Shown here in pieces: positions 9,210 to 18,792 of a stretch of 64,000 nucleotides of DNA; position 1 is the first letter of the stretch, and every line of letters starts with the position of its first letter. Below the pieces are notes generated by a model. The model saw nothing but the letters and a program-made list of their open reading frames with translations. It made no database searches and was not told the DNA's origin. The stretch is from a virus (lineage: Duplodnaviria > Caudoviricetes). The DNA lies in the IMG/VR virus record IMGVR_UViG_3300038443_001692, positions 20,889-84,888 of that record. One strand, given 5' to 3'. The translations under genes were made by a program, and so were the position numbers.

Positions 9210-9238
9210 TTGACAGGTGGCAAGTGTTTCTCCAAACT
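9210..9238 (+). promoter_or_regulatory. Sigma70-like promoter TTGACA-N17-CAAACT
   Basis: Perfect -35 right after the terminator; weak -10. Confidence 0.55.
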
Positions 9239-9270
9239 GACACCTCCCAAACCCACCAGGAAATTTGAAC

Positions 9271-9708
9271 ATGGATATCTTTGCACAGTACGCGACCGAC
9301 CCGAAAGCCGAGCTGGAGGGCCGTGAAGTTTCGTGGGGCGGTGGCATCACCTTCCTGATCGCGCGCGCCCACAACCCGAAATACACGCGCATGCTGGCAC
9401 AGCAGTTCGAAGCGCACAAACATACCCTCGAGCAGAAAGACAGCGACGAGCAGCTGGCCACGGCCGAAGACCGTTCGAACAAGATCATGGCTTACGTCAT
9501 GGCCCGTTCGATCCTGCTGGGCTGGACCGGTCCGGTCGAGTACCAGGGCCAACCGCTGCCGTACAGCGTCGCGAATGCCGAGAAGCTGCTGCTGATCAAG
9601 GACTTCCAGGTCGAGGTGACCAAGAAGGCGAACGACTTCCGCAACTTCCGCGTGAAGGCCGAGGAGGCGGACGAAAAAAACTCGCCGACTACCTCCGCTG
9701 GGACCTGA
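9271..9708 (+). CDS. Tail assembly chaperone (gpG-like)
   Basis: Lies between tail tube and tape measure; ends just after a slippery heptamer. Confidence 0.85.
   Translation: MDIFAQYATDPKAELEGREVSWGGGITFLIARAHNPKYTRMLAQQFEAHKHTLEQKDSDEQLATAEDRSNKIMAYVMARSILLGWTGPVEYQGQPLPYSVANAEKLLLIKDFQVEVTKKANDFRNFRVKAEEADEKNSPTTSAGT
9675..9681 (+). other. Programmed -1 frameshift site A AAA AAC
   Basis: X XXY YYZ heptamer correctly phased (GAA AAA AAC); GAGGAGG at 9661-9667 is a possible internal SD stimulator. Confidence 0.78.
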
Positions 9709-10016
9709 CCTGGGGCCCGCAGCTGGATTACCTGCTCCAGCTGCAGGAAGACCTGGGGCATCCGCCCCAGGCGCTGGCTGAGCGGCCGGTGCTGGATTAC
9801 CGCCAGTACCACTACTACACGGCATACCAGACTCTCTCTCGAAGCCGTAACGTGAGCATGGCAGGTCCGCTGCCCATACCGATGTCCGAGATCTTGTCGT
9901 ACTGCTTGATGTTCCAAATAGACAACCTGACAGAACGAGAGCGTATCCTCAGATTCGTGAACCGGCTTGACAGCACCTACCTTGAGCACGTGGCCGCTCA
10001 ACAGGCGAAAAAGTAG
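9675..10016 (+). CDS. Frameshift extension of the tail chaperone (gpGT-like C-terminal part)
   Basis: The -1 frame is open from the slippery site to 10016 (LADYLRWDLTWGPQ...); classic G/GT arrangement. Confidence 0.75.
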   Translation, partial: KKLADYLRWDLTWGPQLDYLLQLQEDLGHPPQALAERPVLDYRQYHYYTAYQTLSRSRNVSMAGPLPIPMSEILSYCLMFQIDNLTERERILRFVNRLDSTYLEHVAAQQAKK

Positions 10017-10031
10017 TACCTGGCAGAAAAC

Positions 10032-10079
10032 TTGCTTCATGGAAGCCCCCGTTAGATAATGGCAATCTAACGGGGGCTT
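10032..10079 (+). promoter_or_regulatory. Promoter TTGCTT-N17-GATAAT inside a 15-bp perfect hairpin covering the tape-measure RBS
   Basis: AAGCCCCCGTTAGAT (10043-10057) / ATCTAACGGGGGCTT (10065-10079); ATG at 10085. Confidence 0.6.
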
Positions 10080-10084
10080 TGCTT

Positions 10085-13000
10085 ATGAGCGACAATATTG
10101 ATATTCCAGTCACAGCCAGTGGCGATGACGACGTCAACAGGGTAACGTCGGCGGTCGATCGCCTGACGGCGGCCATGGAGCGGCTCGGCAGCAACTCGGC
10201 CCTCGACCGGCTGGCCGAGCAGATGCAGCTCATGCAGGCCACCATGGTGACTGGCTTCGCCAATCTGGCCGCGACGTCGGACAAGATGCTGCAGGCCCTG
10301 GCCGGGCGCCAGGTGGCGGCCATTGAGGCCGGCGCCGAGAAAGCAACAGCCGCGATCGAGGCGGCCGGCCTGCGCATGAAGGCGGCCGACGCACGCACGT
10401 GGGAACAGTTTGGGCGCGGCTCGGCAGCCAACGTCACAGCGGCGTTTTACCAACTTGCCAAGGATATTCCGGTTGAGGCTGTCGAGGCACGATTCGGCCA
10501 GATGGCCACGTCGATGGCACAAGGTCTCGACGGCCAGCTGGCCAAGCTGCGCCAGTTCCAGGAGAACGCCAAGTCCCTGTATCTGACCGACTACAAGCCG
10601 ATGGCCGGCGCGACGAAGGCCGACAACATCATCGACCTGGCGAAGGAAGAGGAACTCGCCGTGCGCTGGGAACGCATGCTGGAAGAGCAGCGCGATAAAG
10701 TGCTGGCCGGGGAAGCCCTCTTTGACGCGACGGTTGCGAAGATGGGCGCTGAGCGCGTCGCGCAGCGCGCGCTCGACCTGGCGCGCGAGGAGGAAATCGC
10801 GGTGCGCTGGGAGCGCATGCTGGAAGAGCAGCGTGACAAGGTATTGGCCGGAGAGGCGCTGTTTAACGCGACGGTCGCCAAGCTGGACGCTGAGCGGGTC
10901 GGGCAGCGCGCGCTGGACGCCGCACGCGAGGAAGAAATCGCCGCGCGCTGGGAAACCATGCTGCAGGCTCAGCGCGACAAGGAGCTGGAAGGCGAGGCCG
11001 TGTTCAACCGCGCTGTGGCCAAGCTGCAGGCTGATCGACTTGCCGCCGCCGAAGCGGCCGCCGAGCGCCAGCGCACCCTGAACACGAACTACCTGACAGC
11101 CAGCCCGGCCGCGCAGGTGCGTACGGCCACGCAAGCCCAGACTTATGCACAGCTGGGCGGCGACGCCGCGGCGCGCTACGGCAGCGCAGCGGCCGGCGCC
11201 GACGCGCTTGCCGCCGCCGAAGCACGTCTCGCCACCAGCTCGCGCGGTGCGGCCGCCGCGCAGCTGGAAATGGATGGCGTGCTGCGCCAGGTCGAAGGTG
11301 CTTTCCGCGGCGCCGCGCACGAAGCTGGCATTTACGGCCTGCACCATGGCCAGCTGATCGCACTGCTCGCCGGCGGCGCCGTCGCGGCCGGGCTGCACCA
11401 CATCGCTGAGACCGGGGCCGAGGTGGAATTCCAGCTGGCATCGCTCAACGCGCTGGCCGGCTCCATGACGAAAGTCGACCTGAACCAGTTCGTCGCTATC
11501 ACCTCCGGCACGATGACCAGCCTGACGGACGCGGCCGAAGGCGTGCATGCGCTGGCCCAGGCTGGCCTGGACCAGAAGGCTGCCTATGCCGCGCTGCCAG
11601 ACGTCATGCGGCTTGCGTCGCTGGGCGAGATGACGGTGGCGCAATCGGCCGAGATGGCCGTCGAGTCGATGCACGCCTTCGGCAAGAGCATCACGGACCT
11701 CGGCGCCATCGGCGACATCCTGGTCGCGGTCGGGTCGAAGGCGAACGTGTCTGTGCACACCCTTGCCGAGGACATGAAGAGCGCGGCCGTCACCGGCGCC
11801 ATGTTCAACCTGAACATGGAAGAGATCACGGCGACCGTCGGCGCGCTGGCTGAGCGCGGCCTGACGATCCAGCCGTTGTCGTCCGCGCTGATGAAGCTGT
11901 ACGAGCCGAGCGACAAGACCGCCAAGGCGATGCAGGCCCTGGGGCTGTCGACGAAGGATGCCTCTGGCAACCTGAAGACGTACACCGTTTTCATGGAAGA
12001 GCTGGCCGAGAAAGTCGCGCAGTTCAAGGTCCCGGCCGACATCTTCAAGCAGCTGGGCATGTCCTCGCGCGACAGCAAGGCAATTGAGGTCATGACGCAG
12101 GACTTCGAGGGATACAAGCACCTGCTGCACGAGGCACAGGATGCCCACGGCAAGATGTTCGATGCCATGACGGCCAAGGAAGACACCGTCGAGGGTACGT
12201 GGAAGCGCCTGGGCAGCACGGTCCAGGGTTCGCTCGTCACCGCGTTCGACAACGCCAGCCCGGCCCTCCAGCATCTCGAAGAAGAGCTGCTGCGCGTGAC
12301 CGGCGTGGGCAGCGACTTCCAGAAGAGCCTGTCGGCCATCGTCGCCGGCTTCGCGCGGCTCGCCGAGACCGTCGTCACCGGCATCGGTCCGCTGGCCGCG
12401 CTGGCCGGCGCCTACGTTGCCCTGCGCGTTATTTCCAGCGCCGCAACCTGGACCGCGGAATTCGCGGCAGCCCAGCGCCTGCAGGCGGAAGCCTCGCTCG
12501 CCGGCGCCGCCGCGCTGCGCACTGAGTCGACGCAGCTGGAACTGTTCGCTGCAGCCGAGAATGCGGCTGCTGCCGGCGGCGCTCGGCTTGCGCTGACGAC
12601 GACCGAGGTGGCCGCCGGCGCGCGCCTGCTGGCGTCTGCATTCGGCTGGATCAGCCTTGCGGTGGTGGGCGTGACGACAGCGATCGACCTGATGGGCGGC
12701 GCGATGACGGAGAACGAGCGCGAGCACCTGAAGCAGCAGAACACCTACGACACGACGAGCGATGCGATCACTCGGGAGATCGAGCGCCTGAAGGGTCTCG
12801 AGGACCAGTTGCGCAAGACCGGCGAGACCGGCACGGCCGCCGCGGCCGCTGTGATGCTCTCTTTCGCGCAGATGGAAGAAGGCAACGCCAAGGCGGATCT
12901 CGAGAAGGCCAAGCTGGCCGCGCCGAAGATCACGGCCACGACCGGAATGTCGATGGTCGGTGGCCTGGCCCCGACGGTCAGCGCGGATGTCACGGTGCGC

Positions 13001-16000
13001 CAGGCCGCGCTCGACAAAGCCCAGATCGCCTACGACACTGCGCACGCACGCACCGTCTCGGCTATGAACAAGCTGGCCGAGCTGGACACGCGCGAGGAAG
13101 AAGTCGCATCGCTGACGCAGGTGGCCAAGCTGAAGAAGGAAATTGAGAAGCTGCCGTCGCACGTTGAGCCGATTGCCAAGACTGATGCCGCGCGCGAGGC
13201 GGCTAAGGCTGCCAACGAAGGCCTTGCCGCCCTGCGCCAGCAGGAGGTGCTCGAATCGAACGTGATCGATCTGGCCAAGGTGTACGAGAAGGTCCAGAAG
13301 GACATCTCCGCGACCAAGCTGGATGCGACTAAGGCCGCCCTCGGCGACAAGGACGCTGCGCGCGCTGTGATCGAGCAGCTGCAGGAACAACTGCGCCTGG
13401 CGCAGATGCTGTCCAAGTCCCGCCTGGAGGATGCAAAGTCGGAGAACAAGCGTGGCGAACTGGGCGATCTGCAGCTGATCAACACGACGCTTGCCGAGAA
13501 CCTTGCTCTGCACCAGCGCGCTGTGGATATTGCGAAGCAGGAGCTGGCCGCGGCCGGCCCGCTCAAGCCGGGCCAGCAGGAGAAATACAACAGCCGCATC
13601 CAGACTGCCAAACAGCAGCTCGTCGACGATCAGGCGACGGCGGCGCGCGCGATCGCGGATCTCTTCGACAAGATGGATACGCAGGAGCTGCAGGCGCGCG
13701 CCAAGGCGCTGGAGAGCAAGGGTCGGCTGGAGGACGCCTACAACCTGACGTGGCAGGCCAAGAACGCCAACCTGATGGCCAATCTGGCGAGTGATATCGC
13801 GGATGCCGAGAACGCCCAGTACCGTGACCGTCTGGTGCGCTTCCAGCGCTTCATGGAAGACCAGCGTCGGCTGGGCGCGAACGACGCGCGCTTCAAGGAG
13901 GGCAAGGAGCAGTTTGGCAGCGCCGCATCCGCGCTCGACCTGCGGTTGAGCACCATCCAGCAGCAGACCTCCGGACCGGGTTCGAGCCTTGGTGACCAGC
14001 TGCAGGGGTTGGATGCACAGCGCTCGGCGTACGCCGAATTGATCCCGGCCATGCAGGCCGCGCAAGCGCGCGTCGCCGCTGCGTCGTCCAGCCTATTCGG
14101 CGGTGACGACAGCAAGCTGAAGGAGGCTCAGAACGAGCTGAAGGCGATTCAGGACCGCATGGCCGCGATGCGCAATATCGGCGTCTCTATGGCAGACGCC
14201 ATCGGCAAGGCCCTATCGGACGCATTCGGCCAGGGCGGCGCCGCGCTGGCAGGCATGATCAGCGCCACGATGGCGTACGACGCGCGCGTGCAGGCCATCA
14301 AGCAGAAGCAGGCCAGTGATGGCGATGGCGCCGCCGCGGCCCAGGCCATGGCATCGGCCCAGGTCAAGGCGTACGGCGACATGGCCGGCGCTGCGAAGGG
14401 CTTCTTCGACACCAATTCGAAGGGCTACAAGATCCTGCAGACGACCGAGCAGGCGTTCCGTGCGATCGAGCTGGCTGACGCGGCGGCTGTGATGGCCAAG
14501 AAGATCCTGTTCAAGAGCGCCGAGGTGTCGGCCGTGGTTGCCGGCGACGGCGCCAAGATGACGTCGGGCACGGCCGCGACGGCGGTGGACCTGGTCAATG
14601 CTGGCGCCTCGGCGACGGCTTGGGGCATCGCGGCAGTCGCGCGCGCCATCGAGTCGCTCCCATTCCCTGCGAACCTTGCGGCTGGCGCGGCAACGGCGGC
14701 CGCCCTGGTGGCGCTGGGCGTCAAGATGACGAGCGGCGGTGGCGGCCAGACCGAGGCCCAGAAACAGCAGCAAAATGCCACCGGTACGGTGCTGGGTGAT
14801 CCGGACGCGAAGAGCGAGTCGGTTTCGAAATCGCTCGACCTGGTCGAGAAGAACACCTACAACAACCTCGTCGTGGCGCAGGGCATGCTGTCGTCGCTGC
14901 GCTCGATCGAGTCGAACATCAAGGGCTTCGTCAGCCAGCTGTTCAAAGCCGGCGCTGTTGACGGCTCGGCGTTCTCCGCGTCGAATAGTGGTCTGTATGG
15001 TGCGCTGAAATCCGGCTCGGCGACTGGCGCCGGTTCGCTGCTGGGCGCGGGCGCCGGGTATGCGGCTGGCGCAGGCCTGTCGGCTTTCACCGCGCTGGCA
15101 TCCATCGGTGGTCCGATCGGTATGGTGATCGGTGCCCTGGCTGGCCGGTATTTTGGTAGCGCGCTGGCGTCGATCTTCGGCGGCAAGCAGACGATCGATG
15201 CTTCCGGCTTCACGATGAGCTCCTCGACCCTGGGCCAGGTGGCATCCGGCGGCGCCAACGCCATGTCGTACGCCGACATCACGACGTCGGGTGGCTGGTT
15301 CCGCGGCAACAGCCACGACACTAAGACGCAGTCGCTGGGCGCTGACGCCAACCTGCAGATCACGCGCGTGATCACGGGCATGGGTGACGCCATCACGGCG
15401 GCCGCCGGCTTGCTGGGCGAGAGTGGCGCCGACTTCAAGGACAAGCTGAACGGCTTCGTCATCGATATCGGCAAGATCGACCTGAAAGGCCTCTCCAGCG
15501 CGGACGCGCAGGCCAAGGTCGCAGCCGTGTTCTCCAAGCTGGGCGATCAGATGGCGCAGGCAGCATTCGGCGGCCTTGAGCAGTTCCAGCAGGCAGGTGA
15601 AGGCTACCTTGAGACGCTCACGCGCGTGGCCAACGACTATGCCACCATCGACACCGTGTTCAAGTCGTTCGGCACAACGTACGCCGAGGTGGGCACGGCT
15701 TCGATCGCCGCGCGCGAGGAATTGATCAACATGGCCGGCGGCCTGGACAAGTTCACGTCGCAGGCCAGCTGGTTCTTCCAGAACATGCTGACGAAGGCGC
15801 AGCAGACCGCGGCAACGAGCGCAGCGATCAACCCGACCCTTGCGAAATACGGTCTGTCGACGCAGGGTGCTGACGCCGTCCAGAAGTTCACTGACCTGAC
15901 CATCGCGATGGGTGCGATGGGCAGCGCCGGCGCGACCGCGTACACCGAGCTGATGAGCATCGCGCAGGCGTTCAAGTCGGTCACCGACGTGACCAAGAGC

Positions 16001-17299
16001 CTGCAGGACCAGATCGACGAACTGACCTTGTCGCAGGCCGAGAAGGATGCTGCCGCGCGTGCTCAGCTGGATCCCTCCAACCAGGGTCTGTACGATGAAC
16101 TGGTAAAGGCCAAGGCCGTGGCCCAGGCCAAGCAGGAGCTGCTCAGCGCGTACCAGAGCGAGAGCTCGGCGATCCAGAGCACGATCGACCGCCTGAAGTC
16201 GCTCAGCCAGTCGCTGCGCAACTTCGTGAACGGCCTACAGATCGGCAACATGTCGCCGCTGAATCCGGCCGACCAGTACGGCGCGGCGCGGTCGCAGTTC
16301 GAGGCCACCCTGGCCAAGGCCAAGTCTGGCGACATCGCGGCGCAGGGCAACCTGCAGACGGCTGCCCAGGCGTTCCTGACGGCGTCGAAGGCGGCCAATG
16401 CCTCCAACAGCACGTACCAGTCGGACTACCAGCGCGTTGTAGCCACCGTGACGTCGATGGCCGACAAGGCCGATAGCCAAGTCACGACGGCACAGACCAG
16501 CCTGGCTCTGCTGAACCAGCAAGTCTCGCAGCTGATCAAGATCGACACGAGCGTGACGACGGTGGTGGACGCCATCAACAACCTTGCGGTGGTCCTGTCG
16601 AACGGCAAGGACACGGGCACCAACACGGTGTCGCTGACCTCGCTGTACCAGAGCCTGTTGGGCCGCGCACCGGATCAGGCCGGCCTGGATTACTGGAACA
16701 AGCAGCTGCAAAGCGGTGTGTCGCTGTCGGACATCATCGCGGCGATGAAGAACTCGTCCGAGTACGTCAACCACTCGACCACGACGACCCCGACCACGGT
16801 CGTCACGCCCAGCACGAACACCGGCACGGCCCTCGGCAACGTCAACCCGACCAGCAACTCGTCGGCGATCTCGGCGCTGTACCAGAGCCTGCTGGGCCGC
16901 TCGCCCGACCAAGCCGGCCTGGACTACTGGGTCAAGCAGATGCAGAGTGGGACCACGCTGGCGTCGATCACGGCGGCCATCAAGAGCTCGTCCGAGTACC
17001 AGAGCCATGCCGGCACGGGCACGATGAGCTCTACCAGCGCCAGTGTCGCTCCGGCTGTTCCTGTGACGAAGGACACCTATGCCAGCTCGACGGCGCAGAC
17101 GGCCGCTATCGTCGCGCAGCTGACGACCCTGAACAAGCAGGTGACCGAACTGCGCACCGAGCAGCAAACCCAGGCTGACCACCAGACCAGCGCGACGATG
17201 ACGGCCGCAGCAAACAATTCGGCAAAAGTGGCAGATGCTGTTACAATTGCCAGCCAGAAAGCTTCCTGGTCGGCAAAATCTGCGGTCGCACTCCGATGA
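10085..17299 (+). CDS. Tail tape measure protein (2404 aa)
   Basis: Very long Ala-rich helical ORF after the G/GT chaperones; TP901-type core (QLASLNALAG...AEMAVESMHAFG...LAEDMKSAA) and Gly/Ala hydrophobic segments. Confidence 0.95.
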   Translation: MSDNIDIPVTASGDDDVNRVTSAVDRLTAAMERLGSNSALDRLAEQMQLMQATMVTGFANLAATSDKMLQALAGRQVAAIEAGAEKATAAIEAAGLRMKAADARTWEQFGRGSAANVTAAFYQLAKDIPVEAVEARFGQMATSMAQGLDGQLAKLRQFQENAKSLYLTDYKPMAGATKADNIIDLAKEEELAVRWERMLEEQRDKVLAGEALFDATVAKMGAERVAQRALDLAREEEIAVRWERMLEEQRDKVLAGEALFNATVAKLDAERVGQRALDAAREEEIAARWETMLQAQRDKELEGEAVFNRAVAKLQADRLAAAEAAAERQRTLNTNYLTASPAAQVRTATQAQTYAQLGGDAAARYGSAAAGADALAAAEARLATSSRGAAAAQLEMDGVLRQVEGAFRGAAHEAGIYGLHHGQLIALLAGGAVAAGLHHIAETGAEVEFQLASLNALAGSMTKVDLNQFVAITSGTMTSLTDAAEGVHALAQAGLDQKAAYAALPDVMRLASLGEMTVAQSAEMAVESMHAFGKSITDLGAIGDILVAVGSKANVSVHTLAEDMKSAAVTGAMFNLNMEEITATVGALAERGLTIQPLSSALMKLYEPSDKTAKAMQALGLSTKDASGNLKTYTVFMEELAEKVAQFKVPADIFKQLGMSSRDSKAIEVMTQDFEGYKHLLHEAQDAHGKMFDAMTAKEDTVEGTWKRLGSTVQGSLVTAFDNASPALQHLEEELLRVTGVGSDFQKSLSAIVAGFARLAETVVTGIGPLAALAGAYVALRVISSAATWTAEFAAAQRLQAEASLAGAAALRTESTQLELFAAAENAAAAGGARLALTTTEVAAGARLLASAFGWISLAVVGVTTAIDLMGGAMTENEREHLKQQNTYDTTSDAITREIERLKGLEDQLRKTGETGTAAAAAVMLSFAQMEEGNAKADLEKAKLAAPKITATTGMSMVGGLAPTVSADVTVRQAALDKAQIAYDTAHARTVSAMNKLAELDTREEEVASLTQVAKLKKEIEKLPSHVEPIAKTDAAREAAKAANEGLAALRQQEVLESNVIDLAKVYEKVQKDISATKLDATKAALGDKDAARAVIEQLQEQLRLAQMLSKSRLEDAKSENKRGELGDLQLINTTLAENLALHQRAVDIAKQELAAAGPLKPGQQEKYNSRIQTAKQQLVDDQATAARAIADLFDKMDTQELQARAKALESKGRLEDAYNLTWQAKNANLMANLASDIADAENAQYRDRLVRFQRFMEDQRRLGANDARFKEGKEQFGSAASALDLRLSTIQQQTSGPGSSLGDQLQGLDAQRSAYAELIPAMQAAQARVAAASSSLFGGDDSKLKEAQNELKAIQDRMAAMRNIGVSMADAIGKALSDAFGQGGAALAGMISATMAYDARVQAIKQKQASDGDGAAAAQAMASAQVKAYGDMAGAAKGFFDTNSKGYKILQTTEQAFRAIELADAAAVMAKKILFKSAEVSAVVAGDGAKMTSGTAATAVDLVNAGASATAWGIAAVARAIESLPFPANLAAGAATAAALVALGVKMTSGGGGQTEAQKQQQNATGTVLGDPDAKSESVSKSLDLVEKNTYNNLVVAQGMLSSLRSIESNIKGFVSQLFKAGAVDGSAFSASNSGLYGALKSGSATGAGSLLGAGAGYAAGAGLSAFTALASIGGPIGMVIGALAGRYFGSALASIFGGKQTIDASGFTMSSSTLGQVASGGANAMSYADITTSGGWFRGNSHDTKTQSLGADANLQITRVITGMGDAITAAAGLLGESGADFKDKLNGFVIDIGKIDLKGLSSADAQAKVAAVFSKLGDQMAQAAFGGLEQFQQAGEGYLETLTRVANDYATIDTVFKSFGTTYAEVGTASIAAREELINMAGGLDKFTSQASWFFQNMLTKAQQTAATSAAINPTLAKYGLSTQGADAVQKFTDLTIAMGAMGSAGATAYTELMSIAQAFKSVTDVTKSLQDQIDELTLSQAEKDAAARAQLDPSNQGLYDELVKAKAVAQAKQELLSAYQSESSAIQSTIDRLKSLSQSLRNFVNGLQIGNMSPLNPADQYGAARSQFEATLAKAKSGDIAAQGNLQTAAQAFLTASKAANASNSTYQSDYQRVVATVTSMADKADSQVTTAQTSLALLNQQVSQLIKIDTSVTTVVDAINNLAVVLSNGKDTGTNTVSLTSLYQSLLGRAPDQAGLDYWNKQLQSGVSLSDIIAAMKNSSEYVNHSTTTTPTTVVTPSTNTGTALGNVNPTSNSSAISALYQSLLGRSPDQAGLDYWVKQMQSGTTLASITAAIKSSSEYQSHAGTGTMSSTSASVAPAVPVTKDTYASSTAQTAAIVAQLTTLNKQVTELRTEQQTQADHQTSATMTAAANNSAKVADAVTIASQKASWSAKSAVALR
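10637..11040 (+). repeat. Three tandem 141-nt (47-aa) repeats in the tape measure
   Basis: Units start at 10637, 10778 and 10919: (L/A)A(K/R)EEE(L/I)A(V/A)RWE(R/T)ML...QRDK.L.GEA.F. Confidence 0.92.
16643..16999 (+). repeat. Two DUF4214-like repeats (234-nt period) near the tape-measure C-terminus
   Basis: LYQSLLGR(A/S)PDQAGLDYW.KQ.QSG..L..I.AA.K.SSEY at 16643 and 16877, separated by a Ser/Thr-rich linker. Confidence 0.85.
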
Positions 17300-18792
17300 C
17301 AAATGATCAATACATCGCCTGGCTTAACGATCCCACTGCCATCCGTGTGGTGCTGGTGGAGGCCGTCGCCAATGTGTCCGGCGTCGACACGACTTTCTAC
17401 CTGTCGACGCGCCCCTTCGTGAGCCAGGCGAGCGACACGCCGGCCAGTCAGCCGTATCGTGCCGTGCTGATCGAGGACGACCTGGAGACGACGGAAAGGC
17501 TGACGCTTGACGGCAACGCCACGATGAACGTTGGCGACGTCGGCATCGCCAATGACGACGGTGCGTTTGACGCATGGCTGACCTACGTCTGGACCAACCG
17601 GCCTATCAAGATCCTGATCGGCGATGTGCGCTGGGCGCGCAGCGATTTCCAGCCGGCGTTCACTGGCGTCACGGCTGACATCGGTAACAAGTCGCGCGAG
17701 ACGATTGGCTTGAAGGTGCGCGACAACCTGGAGCGCCTGAACGCGGCCATCACCGAGCACTTGTTGGGTGGTACGGGTGCCAACCAGGGGTCGATCGTGC
17801 CTGCCGTGTTCGGCGAGGTGGTCAACATGACGCCGCTCCTGATCGACTCGTCCACGCTGCAATACCAGGTGCACGACGGTCCGATCAACGGTCTGATCGA
17901 GGTTCGCGACAATGGCGTGCCGATCGCCAACGATACGATCGGCTGGGCCGCGGTGACGCGGGACCTTGTGCACGGCACGTTCCGCCTTGCCAGCCCGCCG
18001 GCCGGCACTATCACGGTCTCGCTGCAGGGCGAGGCCTATGGCGGCTACGTCAACACGGTGGCCAGCATCGTCAAGCGCATTGTGAAGAACTGGGGCTATG
18101 GCGGCAACCGATTCGTCGACAGCGAGATCGATCTTGCCAACTTCGTCGCGTTTGACCAGGCGCATCTGCAGGTCGTGGGTGTGGCGGTTACCGGCAGCAC
18201 CAATACGATCTCGGTGATCCAGCAGGTGACAGGCGCGATACAGGCGCAACTGACCACCTCGCGCGCCGGCTTGCTCCAGCTGCAGCAGATCGATTTCTCG
18301 AGCCTGTCGCCGACCTTCGACATCACGACGCAGCACATGGTCGAGCACACCCTGTTCCCCGCCTCCCGCGAGCTGGTGCAGGGCGCCGTATTGCTGTCGT
18401 TCTGCCAGAACCTGACGCAGCAGGCCGGCCTGCAGACCAGTCTGCCGGCTGAGGCCCTGTCCCTGATGGGCATGCCCTACCAGACCGTGCTGGCGCAGGA
18501 CGCCACGACCAAGTCGACATACAAGCTGACGATGGAGCCGACGCGCGAGGACACCTTCCTGGTGTCGCGCACCGACGCGACGAACGAAGCCCTGCGCCGA
18601 CTGAACATCCGCAAGGTGCCGCGCACGACGTATCAGTTCGATGGCTTTGCCGCGCTGTTCCAGCTGCAGCTGGGCCAGGCCGTGCGCCTATTCCACCCTC
18701 GATTCAATCTCGCCGTCGGCGTCACCGGCCTGGTCGTCTCGATGACGACGAAGTGGGCCGTCGGTCGCACCACCGTAGGAGTAATGGCTTAA
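17296..18792 (+). CDS. Tail tip/hub structural protein
   Basis: 498 aa, ATGA-coupled to the tape measure, precedes the central fibre. Confidence 0.7.
   Translation: MTNDQYIAWLNDPTAIRVVLVEAVANVSGVDTTFYLSTRPFVSQASDTPASQPYRAVLIEDDLETTERLTLDGNATMNVGDVGIANDDGAFDAWLTYVWTNRPIKILIGDVRWARSDFQPAFTGVTADIGNKSRETIGLKVRDNLERLNAAITEHLLGGTGANQGSIVPAVFGEVVNMTPLLIDSSTLQYQVHDGPINGLIEVRDNGVPIANDTIGWAAVTRDLVHGTFRLASPPAGTITVSLQGEAYGGYVNTVASIVKRIVKNWGYGGNRFVDSEIDLANFVAFDQAHLQVVGVAVTGSTNTISVIQQVTGAIQAQLTTSRAGLLQLQQIDFSSLSPTFDITTQHMVEHTLFPASRELVQGAVLLSFCQNLTQQAGLQTSLPAEALSLMGMPYQTVLAQDATTKSTYKLTMEPTREDTFLVSRTDATNEALRRLNIRKVPRTTYQFDGFAALFQLQLGQAVRLFHPRFNLAVGVTGLVVSMTTKWAVGRTTVGVMA

Noticed and set aside
10067-14065. 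1332-aa antisense ORF opposite the tape measure
   Set aside because: Shadow ORF caused by high-GC codon bias on the coding strand; no motifs, and it overlaps a clear gene.
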